IMG/VR virus record: IMGVR_UViG_3300028392_000049
Location: 24,680 to 88,679 of that record
Reading direction: 5' to 3' (one strand)
Length of the DNA: 64,000 nucleotides
Origin: a virus
Below, one piece after another: positions 1 to 8,061 of this stretch; the stretch's first letter is position 1; every line of letters starts with the position of its first letter. The position numbers and the translations under genes were made by a program. The notes under the pieces were generated by a model. The model did no database searches, was not told the origin of the DNA, and was given only the letters and a program-made list of their open reading frames with translations.

Positions 1-492
1 AATCCAGCCGTCAGCATGACCTGAAATGCCATGAGCAAGGCTAGACACAGGAACTTCCCTGTACTTTAACTTTTCATTTCCACAAGCCTCGCACTGTGTA
101 GGGCTCAAAGCCCAAAACGTATGGCTCTCATCCTTTTGGCACTGCCATAAACCGTACAGGTTACCCATGCCCCAGAACCATGTCTGGTAACGGTCATGAA
201 TACGATGGCCTTCTTCAAACACCAGCATTTGGTCAATGCTTGCTTTGAATTTGCTTGGGGCAGGCTTAGCACCCTGCAGAGTATAGTACTCAGCACGATG
301 GCACCAATCAGATTTAATCATTGCTGATGGATGAATAACGTTAGTGGCTCGGTCACCGTTCATAGGCTGAGCCAATACAAAACGCTCTAGTGAAGTAAGC
401 ACACGAGTTTCGCGCTTACCTGCGTCTACCAATTTCTTAAGCGTTCCAGCGGGGCGGGTTTTCTGGGTTTTCGTGGGGCCTGTGCCAGTCAT
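1..492 (-). CDS. Cas4-like / PD-(D/E)XK exonuclease (partial, runs off window start)
   Basis: Manual translation MTGTGPTK...IHPSAMIKSDWCHRAEYY...EGHRIH...WQC...CEAC...YREVPV...ISGHADGWI; GGAG RBS upstream; absent from the supplied ORF track. Confidence 0.75.
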   Translation of the reverse strand, partial: MTGTGPTKTQKTRPAGTLKKLVDAGKRETRVLTSLERFVLAQPMNGDRATNVIHPSAMIKSDWCHRAEYYTLQGAKPAPSKFKASIDQMLVFEEGHRIHDRYQTWFWGMGNLYGLWQCQKDESHTFWALSPTQCEACGNEKLKYREVPVSSLAHGISGHADGWI

Positions 493-706
493 TTGTTTCT
501 CCCTTTTTATTGTAACTATCTAATGGCTTGCAAGTATGCCAATCTTTATGCGCTACACGCTTATAGCATTTAGGGCATTGAATCATTGGCCTAGGATTGG
601 TAGGCATATCCCCACCAGGTTTCTTTACAGGTACTGTATCACAACTATGTGTTGCTGTGCGCCACCAGACTTTACAGTCGGGACATCTAAAAGGTGAGTA
701 TTCCAT
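437..706 (-). CDS. Small Cys/His zinc-finger protein
   Basis: CPDC...HSC and CPKC...HTC motifs; abuts the WhiB gene. Confidence 0.55.
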   Translation of the reverse strand: MEYSPFRCPDCKVWWRTATHSCDTVPVKKPGGDMPTNPRPMIQCPKCYKRVAHKDWHTCKPLDSYNKKGETNDWHRPHENPENPPRWNA

Positions 707-1021
707 TCAATTCTCCTCAAGCCATTGCTCTAACGTTTTACCATTTCGAATAGCTTTACGGACTAAAGCGTTACGCTCTCGTCTGCTAAGCCCTCCCCAA
801 ATTCCGTACTCTTCATCCCTACCATGCGCGTAAAGTAAACAGTCTTTCTTTACTGGACACGGTGGTCGGCCATCTTTGCCTAAGCATACTGCCTTAGACT
901 GATCAGCAATCACAGTATACAAGTTTTTATCACGGGGTGGATACCAGTTATTAGTATCCATACCAATGCACTTGGCATCTGCTCGCCAGTTTTCTACATC
1001 TAGTGGGTCTCGCACGTACAC
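707..1021 (-). CDS. whiB: WhiB family transcription factor
   Basis: W...AKC, CLG...CPVKKDCL, GIWGGLSRRER signature. Confidence 0.93.
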   Translation of the reverse strand: MYVRDPLDVENWRADAKCIGMDTNNWYPPRDKNLYTVIADQSKAVCLGKDGRPPCPVKKDCLLYAHGRDEEYGIWGGLSRRERNALVRKAIRNGKTLEQWLEEN

Positions 1022-1332
1022 TCCTGGAGCTTTTGGCGAAGCTCCAGAAAATCATTTTCATCTAACATGACATAGTTCTCACCGTTAAGATGAAAACCAA
1101 GGACAGGCATTCGGCCATCAAGGATGGCTTCTTTGACAATTTTTTCTAGAACTGCCGCTTTGACAGTTACTTGTTGTTTACCCGTCCACTTATGTTCCAC
1201 TAGCAAGTCAGCACTTCGGACATCGCCTTTGCGACTCCAAAATGCTCCAGAAGCAGCAACGGTGCTGCCTCCAATAGCCTTGGCTAATCTATTTTCGTGC
1301 TTCTTAGACTGAATTTGGCCTTCAGACCGCAT
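1000..1332 (-). CDS. Holliday junction resolvase-like (Hjc/PD-(D/E)XK) protein
   Basis: HENRLAK...SGA...KGDV...LVEHKWT; directly downstream of recA. Confidence 0.7.
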   Translation of the reverse strand: MRSEGQIQSKKHENRLAKAIGGSTVAASGAFWSRKGDVRSADLLVEHKWTGKQQVTVKAAVLEKIVKEAILDGRMPVLGFHLNGENYVMLDENDFLELRQKLQECTCETH

Positions 1333-2380
1333 CAGACACCTCAGATACAATTCCAGAGTCAGCGCGTACAACCGTACGAACATCTTTCTCTAGTGATTCC
1401 TTGAGGTCTACCTCTTCTCTAATAGATTTTACCACAGCATCGGCACCTTGCCATTTACGGTCACCGTAGCTATAGTAAGCACCTGCTCGCGTAATCAATT
1501 TGTAAATAATCCCGAGCGCAACAATCTCTTTAGCAAAATCGTACTCACCAGCATTACAAGCATCCGCGTTATCAAAATAGAAATCTACATAAGCAACCTG
1601 GGAAGGTGGGGCCGACTTATTCTTAAGCGTACGAATCTTAATTGTCTGTCCTACCTTGTGCTTTTCCTGACCAGTGCCTTCTTCAAGCCATTCATCACGC
1701 TTAACCTCAATGCGGGTAAAGAAAGCGTAGTTCTTAGCCTCTCCACCTGGGGTGGTACGAGGGTCACCATACATAACGCCAATCTTCATTCGGTACTGGT
1801 TGATAAGCAGACCGATGAATGGTCGTTCGTCTTCTACTAAAGATCGGCGAGCAGCGTGACCCATCTTGCGAAAGAACTTACCCGTAAGTAAAGCCCCACG
1901 ACCGACTGTAGCTTCGTCCATGTTTTTCTCGTCTTCAGTGATAGGTACGAGGGCAGGCAGTGAGTCAATGACTACGCAGTCAACGGACTTACTTTCTACA
2001 AGCGCAAGCACGGACTCGTAAGCTTCTTCCATGATGTTAGTAGCAACTACATACACCCGTGAGACATCAACGCCACACATCTCTGCGTACTGTGGTACCC
2101 AAGTCTCAGCGGCTACCCACACTGTGGTGAACTCTGGGTCACGGGCCTGATTAGCGGCAACAGTCTTAAGGGCTACTGCTGTCTTACCGTTTGATGCTTC
2201 TCCTACAATTTCGTGCCACTGGTTAACTGGGAAACCTCCACCCAAAACAACGTCAAGAGCAAGGGAGCCTGTAGTCATGCGAACTATTGATTCATCTTTG
2301 ATGTGTGAACCTAGAACAATCATGTCCGAGCCGAACTTCTTATTTAACTGGGCTACTACTTTAGCGAGATCTGCGTCCAT
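1322..2380 (-). CDS. recA: RecA recombinase
   Basis: TGSLALDVVLGGG, Walker A GEASNGKT, VVIDSLPALVP, NQYRMKIGVMYGDPRTTPGG. Confidence 0.96.
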   Translation of the reverse strand: MDADLAKVVAQLNKKFGSDMIVLGSHIKDESIVRMTTGSLALDVVLGGGFPVNQWHEIVGEASNGKTAVALKTVAANQARDPEFTTVWVAAETWVPQYAEMCGVDVSRVYVVATNIMEEAYESVLALVESKSVDCVVIDSLPALVPITEDEKNMDEATVGRGALLTGKFFRKMGHAARRSLVEDERPFIGLLINQYRMKIGVMYGDPRTTPGGEAKNYAFFTRIEVKRDEWLEEGTGQEKHKVGQTIKIRTLKNKSAPPSQVAYVDFYFDNADACNAGEYDFAKEIVALGIIYKLITRAGAYYSYGDRKWQGADAVVKSIREEVDLKESLEKDVRTVVRADSGIVSEVSDAV

Positions 2381-2748
2381 TATATGTGACCTATGATTCC
2401 TTGTGGGTTGAAGTTATTGGCTGTAGTGGATTGACGCGCTGGCATGGTGGGGCCGTTGGCGGAGTTGCCTACACCAGACACACCGCTACCTGCCTGAACT
2501 ACTGGGTATCCACAGTCATAGCAACGAGCCTTAGCTTCTGGCGTCACTTGACCATAGTTACCACTACCGCATCCTGGACAGCGAGATGCCACTTGTGCGC
2601 TAGCAGGCAGGCGTGCAGGCTGTCCCTGCGGCATAGGTTGCTGAGGCACAGGATTGTATGGGAGATTGGGCATAGGAGAGGCTGGGGCGGGAGGAGCAGG
2701 AGATGGTACACCTGGCCCTAACTTACCTGCAAACCAATTATTACTCAT
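2380..2748 (-). CDS. Pro-rich zinc-ribbon protein
   Basis: CPGCGS...RCYDCGYP; stop overlaps the recA start. Confidence 0.7.
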   Translation of the reverse strand: MSNNWFAGKLGPGVPSPAPPAPASPMPNLPYNPVPQQPMPQGQPARLPASAQVASRCPGCGSGNYGQVTPEAKARCYDCGYPVVQAGSGVSGVGNSANGPTMPARQSTTANNFNPQGIIGHI

Positions 2749-3200
2749 GCCATCGCCTCCATATGAAATGTTCCTGGGTCAACTACTATACCAAGTTTTA
2801 AAGCAGCCGAGAATGCTGGAACAAGAACTGATACTGCAATACTAGTGTATAGGTCAGACATTACTTCTCGTTCTTCATCTTTATCTAAACCACTGCTCTC
2901 AACTCCAAGAGCACTTAAGAAATCTGTGAACGTCTCAGTCAAAGTTTGACCTGCAATATCAGACATTAAGGCTAAGAAATCTACGTATGGGTCAAGGGCG
3001 CTTAATCGTTCTTGACTTTCTCTAAGCTCCATCTCTTCGCCCTCTTCACTAATCGGTAAAAAGCCCAGAGACTGTGCATGCTTATTAGGGTTAGGTACGG
3101 CACTATCATAAAGATACCAACGAAGCAAAGTGCTAGTAGGTACATCAGTCGTTTCCAAAACATATTCTGGGTCATCCTTTTTCCAAAACATCCAACTCAT
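2745..3200 (-). CDS. Hypothetical protein
   Basis: 151-aa ORF with 4-bp overlaps to both neighbours. Confidence 0.7.
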   Translation of the reverse strand: MSWMFWKKDDPEYVLETTDVPTSTLLRWYLYDSAVPNPNKHAQSLGFLPISEEGEEMELRESQERLSALDPYVDFLALMSDIAGQTLTETFTDFLSALGVESSGLDKDEEREVMSDLYTSIAVSVLVPAFSAALKLGIVVDPGTFHMEAMA

Positions 3201-5170
3201 TTAGCTTCACCCCATCGGTTTACTGTAGTAATATCTGCAATCAAAGGTACATCTAAAAGTTGGATGCCCTCCATAGCCTCTTTAATAGCTTCCATGGTCT
3301 CTTCAACTTTCCCTTCAGGAGTTAATGTCACAAGTTCATCGTGAACAGTTAGTAGTATACGCGCTTCTTTTGGAATCATAGCATCTGCGCGAATCATTGC
3401 CAACTTGATAATGTCAGCGGCTGAACCTTGAATACGGGTGTTAAATGCCTGACGTTCTGCACTAGACCTAAAGCTTTGATCTTTAGAGTTCAAGTCAGGC
3501 AAGAACCGCTTCCGTCCCAGAATAGTAGTAACATGTGGAACTGCCTGCTTACGAGCCAACGCCAACAACTTTATTCTATACGAAGATACGGACGAGAACT
3601 GTGAGCCAAAACTGTCTAGCAAGTCACGAGCCTCGGAGACCGTACAACCAATCTGGCTAGCAATCTTAGCTGGCCCTACCCCGTACGCCATAGCAAGTAC
3701 AAGCACCTTACCAGCCTTACGGTCTACTCCCATAGTGTTGCCTACAGTTGTGTAGATGTCTCCACCGTCAAGATAGTTCTTCATCATGATGGGGTCTTTA
3801 GCCATAGATGCGATGACGCGAGGTTCAATCTGAGAGTAGTCTGCAACAACCAACTTGTAACCATCGGGCGCGTAGAAGAGGTTTCGGATAGCCTTACCAT
3901 GCGGCGTGTGAGGGGCGGGGACATTTTGAAGGTTAGGGTTGCGACTGCTGAAACGCCCAGTCTCAGCACCATGTTGCACAAAGTCACAATGAATCCGTCC
4001 GTTGATAAGAAGGCTTTCTTTTTGCTCACGCTTTTCTTTACCACCAGTAGTCCTGACAACTTCGCCTCCAAGGTATGGTACTACGTAAGTAGTACTCAGT
4101 TTATTAAGGTCAGAGTATTTAAGTAGAGCCTCTACCAATGGGTCTTTATCTCGGTATAGTTCCAAAGCCTCGGCAGATACAGAGTAATCAGAGAACTGCA
4201 AGTCATCAGAGTCTTTCTTCTGCCCAGCAGTGGTAAGGATCTTTGGCTTAAGCCCACGACCACCTTGGTCCTTGCCTGAGTACAATAAAAACTGCTTCTC
4301 CTGGTTGGAGTTAATGTTAAAGACACGACCAGCAATACGGAAGATGTCTGAACGAGCAACCTCAATATCTTCACGAAGTTGAGCATCAAGAGCGGTTAGC
4401 GCCTCTACGTCAATGGGCGCACCTGTTAGCTTTATTGTGCACAACACAGCAAGGACGTCCATCTCTAAGTCCATTACCTGGTTGAAGCCACCATCTTCAA
4501 TCTTTTTTCTAAGAGCTTTCCATAGCAGGAATGTGTACTTAGCATCAAGGTAAGCATACTTAGCCACCTCATCAAATGAGTAAACTTCTACTTCCTTGCC
4601 TACGCCTTTGACCATCTCGTATCCAAACTCACGCTTAAGGCAATCTCCCAAGCCACAACGGTTCTTGTTTCTGTTGTCACTTAGGAATGAAGCAATCATG
4701 GTATCAAAGTATGGGCCTACAGGAACCTGCCCACCGTAGTACTTAGCAACAGATGTCAAGTCAAAGATAAGGTTATGACCAACAGTCAGTACGTCCTTGC
4801 TAAACATAAGAGGACGAATTGTCTCAAATACTTCTGCAGGGTATAGCTGTTTAGGTGGTGCGCCAAAAGTTTTAGTAGCTTTTTTCTTATCGCGTGAGTA
4901 ATCACTGGGGCGAGCAGTAAGCCCAGCCTCTACGCGCTTTTCGCCTTGACCAGTTAGCGGGAATCGCTCTTCAATAAAAGCACCATTAGGATGACCCATA
5001 GGGATAACATCACAACGGCCGTGCGTTGCGAAAGTAATCCATAAAACTTCATTAATAGGCGTAAGCCCACGGTTATCTCCTACAGTTTCTACGTCAAATG
5101 CAAAAGCATCTTGCGTTAAATAAAATTCAACCATCTCATTTAACTGAGACATGCTTGTAATAATGTTCAT
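3197..5170 (-). CDS. polA: DNA polymerase family A (3'-5' exonuclease + polymerase, no 5'-3' nuclease)
   Basis: FDVET ExoI, TGRFSSRNPNLQNVP, ADYSQIEPR motif A, ERQAFNTRIQGSAADIIK, VHDEL motif C; start placed at MNIITS after GGAG RBS. Confidence 0.95.
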   Translation of the reverse strand: MNIITSMSQLNEMVEFYLTQDAFAFDVETVGDNRGLTPINEVLWITFATHGRCDVIPMGHPNGAFIEERFPLTGQGEKRVEAGLTARPSDYSRDKKKATKTFGAPPKQLYPAEVFETIRPLMFSKDVLTVGHNLIFDLTSVAKYYGGQVPVGPYFDTMIASFLSDNRNKNRCGLGDCLKREFGYEMVKGVGKEVEVYSFDEVAKYAYLDAKYTFLLWKALRKKIEDGGFNQVMDLEMDVLAVLCTIKLTGAPIDVEALTALDAQLREDIEVARSDIFRIAGRVFNINSNQEKQFLLYSGKDQGGRGLKPKILTTAGQKKDSDDLQFSDYSVSAEALELYRDKDPLVEALLKYSDLNKLSTTYVVPYLGGEVVRTTGGKEKREQKESLLINGRIHCDFVQHGAETGRFSSRNPNLQNVPAPHTPHGKAIRNLFYAPDGYKLVVADYSQIEPRVIASMAKDPIMMKNYLDGGDIYTTVGNTMGVDRKAGKVLVLAMAYGVGPAKIASQIGCTVSEARDLLDSFGSQFSSVSSYRIKLLALARKQAVPHVTTILGRKRFLPDLNSKDQSFRSSAERQAFNTRIQGSAADIIKLAMIRADAMIPKEARILLTVHDELVTLTPEGKVEETMEAIKEAMEGIQLLDVPLIADITTVNRWGEAK

Positions 5171-5238
5171 TGCTGGCTCCCTAAAGCCACTAGCCACAGG
5201 CAAAGGGGGACCTGTGGCTAGTGGCAGCCTATGTGTTG

Positions 5239-5919
5239 TTAGAGAAGATCGTTTGCAATCTCGGTCAGTTGAGCATGTGTATGCTCATGAATATCTGTAC
5301 GAGTGTATGGAACCATGGTCTCAAGAAGAGATTCAACTTCGGAGATATGCATACCGTAGTCCTCTTCAAGGTCGCGTGCCTTAAGTGGCATTAGGTTGTA
5401 GACCGTGGTCTGCTTAACTCCACTACGGCTCAGTGACCAGAAGTACTTGTTGAGCGGTCCCTGAGGCGAAGCGTTTGCTGAAGCAAGCGCACGGAACAAA
5501 CGAGGTGTGGCTGTGAGGATCTGGCGCTTAGGGCCACCCTCTGCGCTGAAGTTCACAATAGTGAACGAGCGCTTATCTTCAGCCTTGTGACCAAGAAGCG
5601 TGCAAAGAGGGCAGTCCTTGCTGTTCTTTGGGTCTAGGCAAACGTATGAACGCTTGCCTTCAGTCTTCTGGGTTAGGAAATGCATCTTGTAAGCTGCAAA
5701 TGGTCCGTCGCCCAGAAACTTGATAAGTTGTGGTGCTTCGCTCTGTCGGAATTCAGTTGGAAACTCCGAAGTTGGTGCAGTTAGCTTTTCAGCGTCTTCC
5801 CAGCCTGAGCCAATAGCGTTGGTGCTTGATGTTGTCTGCTCGGGACGAGCATCCAAATCAAAATCCTCACCGAATGAGGTTGCGGATGTGTACTTTTCTT
5901 CTGTTGGTTTGACGCTCAC
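5239..5919 (-). CDS. Single-stranded DNA-binding protein (T4 gp32-like)
   Basis: H...SYVCL...CPLC zinc motif, acidic N-terminal region, adjacent to polA; GTG start after AGGA. Confidence 0.7.
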   Translation of the reverse strand: MSVKPTEEKYTSATSFGEDFDLDARPEQTTSSTNAIGSGWEDAEKLTAPTSEFPTEFRQSEAPQLIKFLGDGPFAAYKMHFLTQKTEGKRSYVCLDPKNSKDCPLCTLLGHKAEDKRSFTIVNFSAEGGPKRQILTATPRLFRALASANASPQGPLNKYFWSLSRSGVKQTTVYNLMPLKARDLEEDYGMHISEVESLLETMVPYTRTDIHEHTHAQLTEIANDLL

Positions 5920-5956
5920 GTCATTATCCTTTGTTCGATTAATGTGTTTAGTGTTA

Positions 5957-6418
5957 TCAGTTGTTTTCAATGCGTAAGTTTCCCCACGCGGTAGAAAGTT
6001 CTTGTGGAACATTCTTATAGCTAGACCACTCTATCCTAACGGAGTCAAGTAACCCATGTGCTGCAAATATTTCTACAGCGGTGGTAATCATATCACGAGT
6101 ATATAACCACCTGCCTTTTCTGGTGTCACCGTTTTTATCTATGACATCAGGAAGTCTATACGTTGACACTGGCATATAACCATTTGCAATCCATGTGCGG
6201 ACTGTAATGATCGGTCTACCAAGTGCTTCAGCTAGTGCTCCCAATGTAAAGAACTCAACGTCCTTACCATTCAAAGGCTTAATGTAAGGCCGAGAGTCCC
6301 AAGACTTTTCTTGAATGTCTTTGGCACGCTCTACCTTAACATACTCTTTGCGTTTTCGTTTACTACCTGGGTAGTATACATCAACCGCAGAGAACATTTC
6401 GTCAATGAGGTCATCCAT
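5957..6418 (-). CDS. MerR-like HTH DNA-binding protein
   Basis: FTLGALAEALGRPIITVRTWIANGYMP...WLYT. Confidence 0.75.
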   Translation of the reverse strand: MDDLIDEMFSAVDVYYPGSKRKRKEYVKVERAKDIQEKSWDSRPYIKPLNGKDVEFFTLGALAEALGRPIITVRTWIANGYMPVSTYRLPDVIDKNGDTRKGRWLYTRDMITTAVEIFAAHGLLDSVRIEWSSYKNVPQELSTAWGNLRIENN

Positions 6419-6420
6419 GC

Positions 6421-6828
6421 TTAACTCTTCGACATCACTAACGCCCAGGTTATCTTAGCAGGAAACATCTTGTCAATGTCTTCCTCGGTGATAAGATTTT
6501 CCCAGTAGGCAGACATGATTTCATCTTCGTTAAGCACGGGTACCATTTCAATGCACCGTTCGTGCAGACCTTTGGCTTTGAGGATTTCTTCAGCAACTTC
6601 AATATCAAGAGACTTAGATACTTTACGCTGCTGCATGACTTCGCGTACGCCGCTAACTTCATCGTTAAGTTCTACTACAAGGTGACCCTTGTCGCTCTCT
6701 ACGCCAAGATCAGCAACACCCTCACGGATGTTCTTTTTAATCTCGGACTGGATTGCAGTAAGATCGCTAATACGCTCACTAAGTACTGCATTCTGCCTAA
6801 CGTAATCAAGGATTTCTGGCAAGTCCAC
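6421..6828 (-). CDS. Hypothetical protein (coiled-coil N-terminus)
   Basis: 135-aa ORF, GTG start with AGGAG RBS. Confidence 0.7.
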   Translation of the reverse strand: MDLPEILDYVRQNAVLSERISDLTAIQSEIKKNIREGVADLGVESDKGHLVVELNDEVSGVREVMQQRKVSKSLDIEVAEEILKAKGLHERCIEMVPVLNEDEIMSAYWENLITEEDIDKMFPAKITWALVMSKS

Positions 6829-6868
6829 GCGGTTACTCCTTTTATGCTAGATGTTACTTTACCACAAA

Positions 6869-7027
6869 TTATTGAGAAGCTCGTGCATTTTTTAAGTATT
6901 GTAAAAGGGCATCAATAATGATGCTAGTGACGGTGACTCCGTCAATACGGGCCTGTTCTTGAACGGCCTGCCACAATTCGTCATCTACCCGTAGGGTGCG
7001 AGTTGGGGTCTTAGGTGCATTAGGCAT
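6869..7027 (-). CDS. Ribbon-helix-helix DNA-binding protein
   Basis: Manual translation MPNAPKTPTRTLRVDDELWQAVQEQARIDGVTVTSIIIDALLQYLKNARASQ; probably leaderless. Confidence 0.8.
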   Translation of the reverse strand: MPNAPKTPTRTLRVDDELWQAVQEQARIDGVTVTSIIIDALLQYLKNARASQ

Positions 7028-7033
7028 ACTTAT

Positions 7034-7056
7034 ATTATACCTGCCCGTACTGACAA
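7034..7056 (-). promoter_or_regulatory. RecA-NDp/PafBC-type promoter of the RHH gene
   Basis: tTGTCAgta-8nt-TATAAT, 6 nt upstream of the ATG. Confidence 0.6.
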
Positions 7057-7069
7057 ATATAGGGTAAAG

Positions 7070-7141
7070 CTCCCGCTAGTGGATTCGAACCAATAACCCC
7101 AGAGTTAACAGCTCTGTGCTCTGCCGTTGAGCTAAGCGGGA
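7070..7141 (-). tRNA. tRNA-Asn(GTT)
   Basis: Cloverleaf TCCCGCT...CAGAG-CTGTTAA-CTCTG...GGTTCGAATCC...AGCGGGA-G; no encoded CCA. Confidence 0.9.
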
Positions 7142-7146
7142 TTGAG

Positions 7147-7224
7147 TGGAGTAGCAGAGAATCGAACTCTGGTCCTAGTAATTTCCGCGTGCGGTTTTAA
7201 TACTAGTCGAAACCTTCCTACCCC
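7147..7224 (-). ncRNA. Mini-tmRNA: tRNA-like domain only (78 nt)
   Basis: GGGGTAG/CTACTCC-A acceptor stem with G3:U70, tmRNA D-loop GGTTTCGAC, P2 helix CTAGTA/TACTAG, GAC linker, T-arm CAGAG-TTCGATT-CTCTG; no anticodon arm and no tag ORF. Confidence 0.8.
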
Positions 7225-7225
7225 G

Positions 7226-7304
7226 TGCTGGACCTTGGAATCGAACCAAGCGTGCTTTCGCGACAGATTTACAGTCCGTTGCCCCACCTTGGGGCCTGCA
7301 CAGC
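7226..7304 (-). tRNA. tRNA-Tyr(GTA), atypical
   Basis: ACGGA-CTGTAAA-TCTGT anticodon arm, short variable arm, T-arm CTTGG-TTCGATT-CCAAG; A at position 8 and one acceptor-stem mismatch. Confidence 0.8.
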
Positions 7305-7309
7305 TTACG

Positions 7310-7382
7310 AGCCTCAAGCAGGAATCGAACCCGCGACATCAATATTACAAGTATTGCACTCTGCCAACTGAGTTATTGAGGC
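7310..7382 (-). tRNA. tRNA-Thr(TGT)
   Basis: GCCTCAA...CAATA-CTTGTAA-TATTG...GGTTCGATTCC...TTGAGGC-T. Confidence 0.92.
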
Positions 7383-7389
7383 ACAGCTT

Positions 7390-7866
7390 TTAGCTAACAG
7401 CACGTTGTTTAAGTTTAGCAGATTCTCTGTATTGATGTTTTCTGGCTTTCATATACTCAGCTTTTTTAGCCTTGCATGGAGCACATGGGCAATTACGTTT
7501 ACCTGAGTTTCCTCCGCCGTGCTCTACTGATTCAAGATCCCCTTCTGCGTAACTTTTTTTAATGTGGCACTCTTTACAGAGCACTTGACATTTAGCAAGC
7601 TCTGCTTGAACTTTAGCTTCACTGCCACCCCCAATAATTTTTCCTATTTCATAGGTTTTATTATTGGCATCAATGTGATCTAATTCAAGACTTTCAATCG
7701 ATCCACAATGAGCACACTGACTACCCAAAGCTTTAATGGCTGCGTCTCTACGTTTTTTATAGCGAAGCCTTTGGTATTCCTTCATATAATTGTTATAACA
7801 AGTACGACATTTACCCGAATTGATTGCGGGCTCTGTTGTGCAGAGGGAGCATATTTTCATGCCCAC
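7390..7866 (-). CDS. HNH endonuclease
   Basis: CAHCGS...LELDHID...CQVLCKECHIKK; immediately upstream of the tRNA operon. Confidence 0.85.
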   Translation of the reverse strand: MGMKICSLCTTEPAINSGKCRTCYNNYMKEYQRLRYKKRRDAAIKALGSQCAHCGSIESLELDHIDANNKTYEIGKIIGGGSEAKVQAELAKCQVLCKECHIKKSYAEGDLESVEHGGGNSGKRNCPCAPCKAKKAEYMKARKHQYRESAKLKQRAVS

Positions 7867-7878
7867 ACCTTAGCATAA

Positions 7879-8061
7879 CTATTCCTGGTCGCGCAAACCG
7901 ATGGTAATGAGCCACATGACTAGTGTAAATAGGATAGCTGCACCTACTACGGTTTTAGCACTACCATCAAGAACACACCAAGCAATGAACATACCTAATA
8001 GTGTCCATAGCTGATTTAAGGTTTCAATAAAGGCATTAGCAAACCATTTAAGAAGACTCAT
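7879..8061 (-). CDS. Small two-TM membrane protein
   Basis: Two hydrophobic stretches; overlaps the upstream gene. Confidence 0.7.
   Translation of the reverse strand: MSLLKWFANAFIETLNQLWTLLGMFIAWCVLDGSAKTVVGAAILFTLVMWLITIGLRDQE

Noticed and set aside
1-492. Cas4 as evidence of a CRISPR-Cas system
   Set aside because: Stand-alone Cas4-like nucleases are common in phage recombination modules; no other cas genes or arrays are present
7147-7224. attP remnant of a host ssrA, or an ordinary tRNA
   Set aside because: Both the 5' and 3' tmRNA halves are present and pair with each other; there is no D-stem or 7-nt anticodon loop and no integrase in the window
7132-7393. ORFs 7132-7317(-) and 7142-7393(+)
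   Set aside because: They overlap the tRNA/mini-tmRNA genes and are spurious
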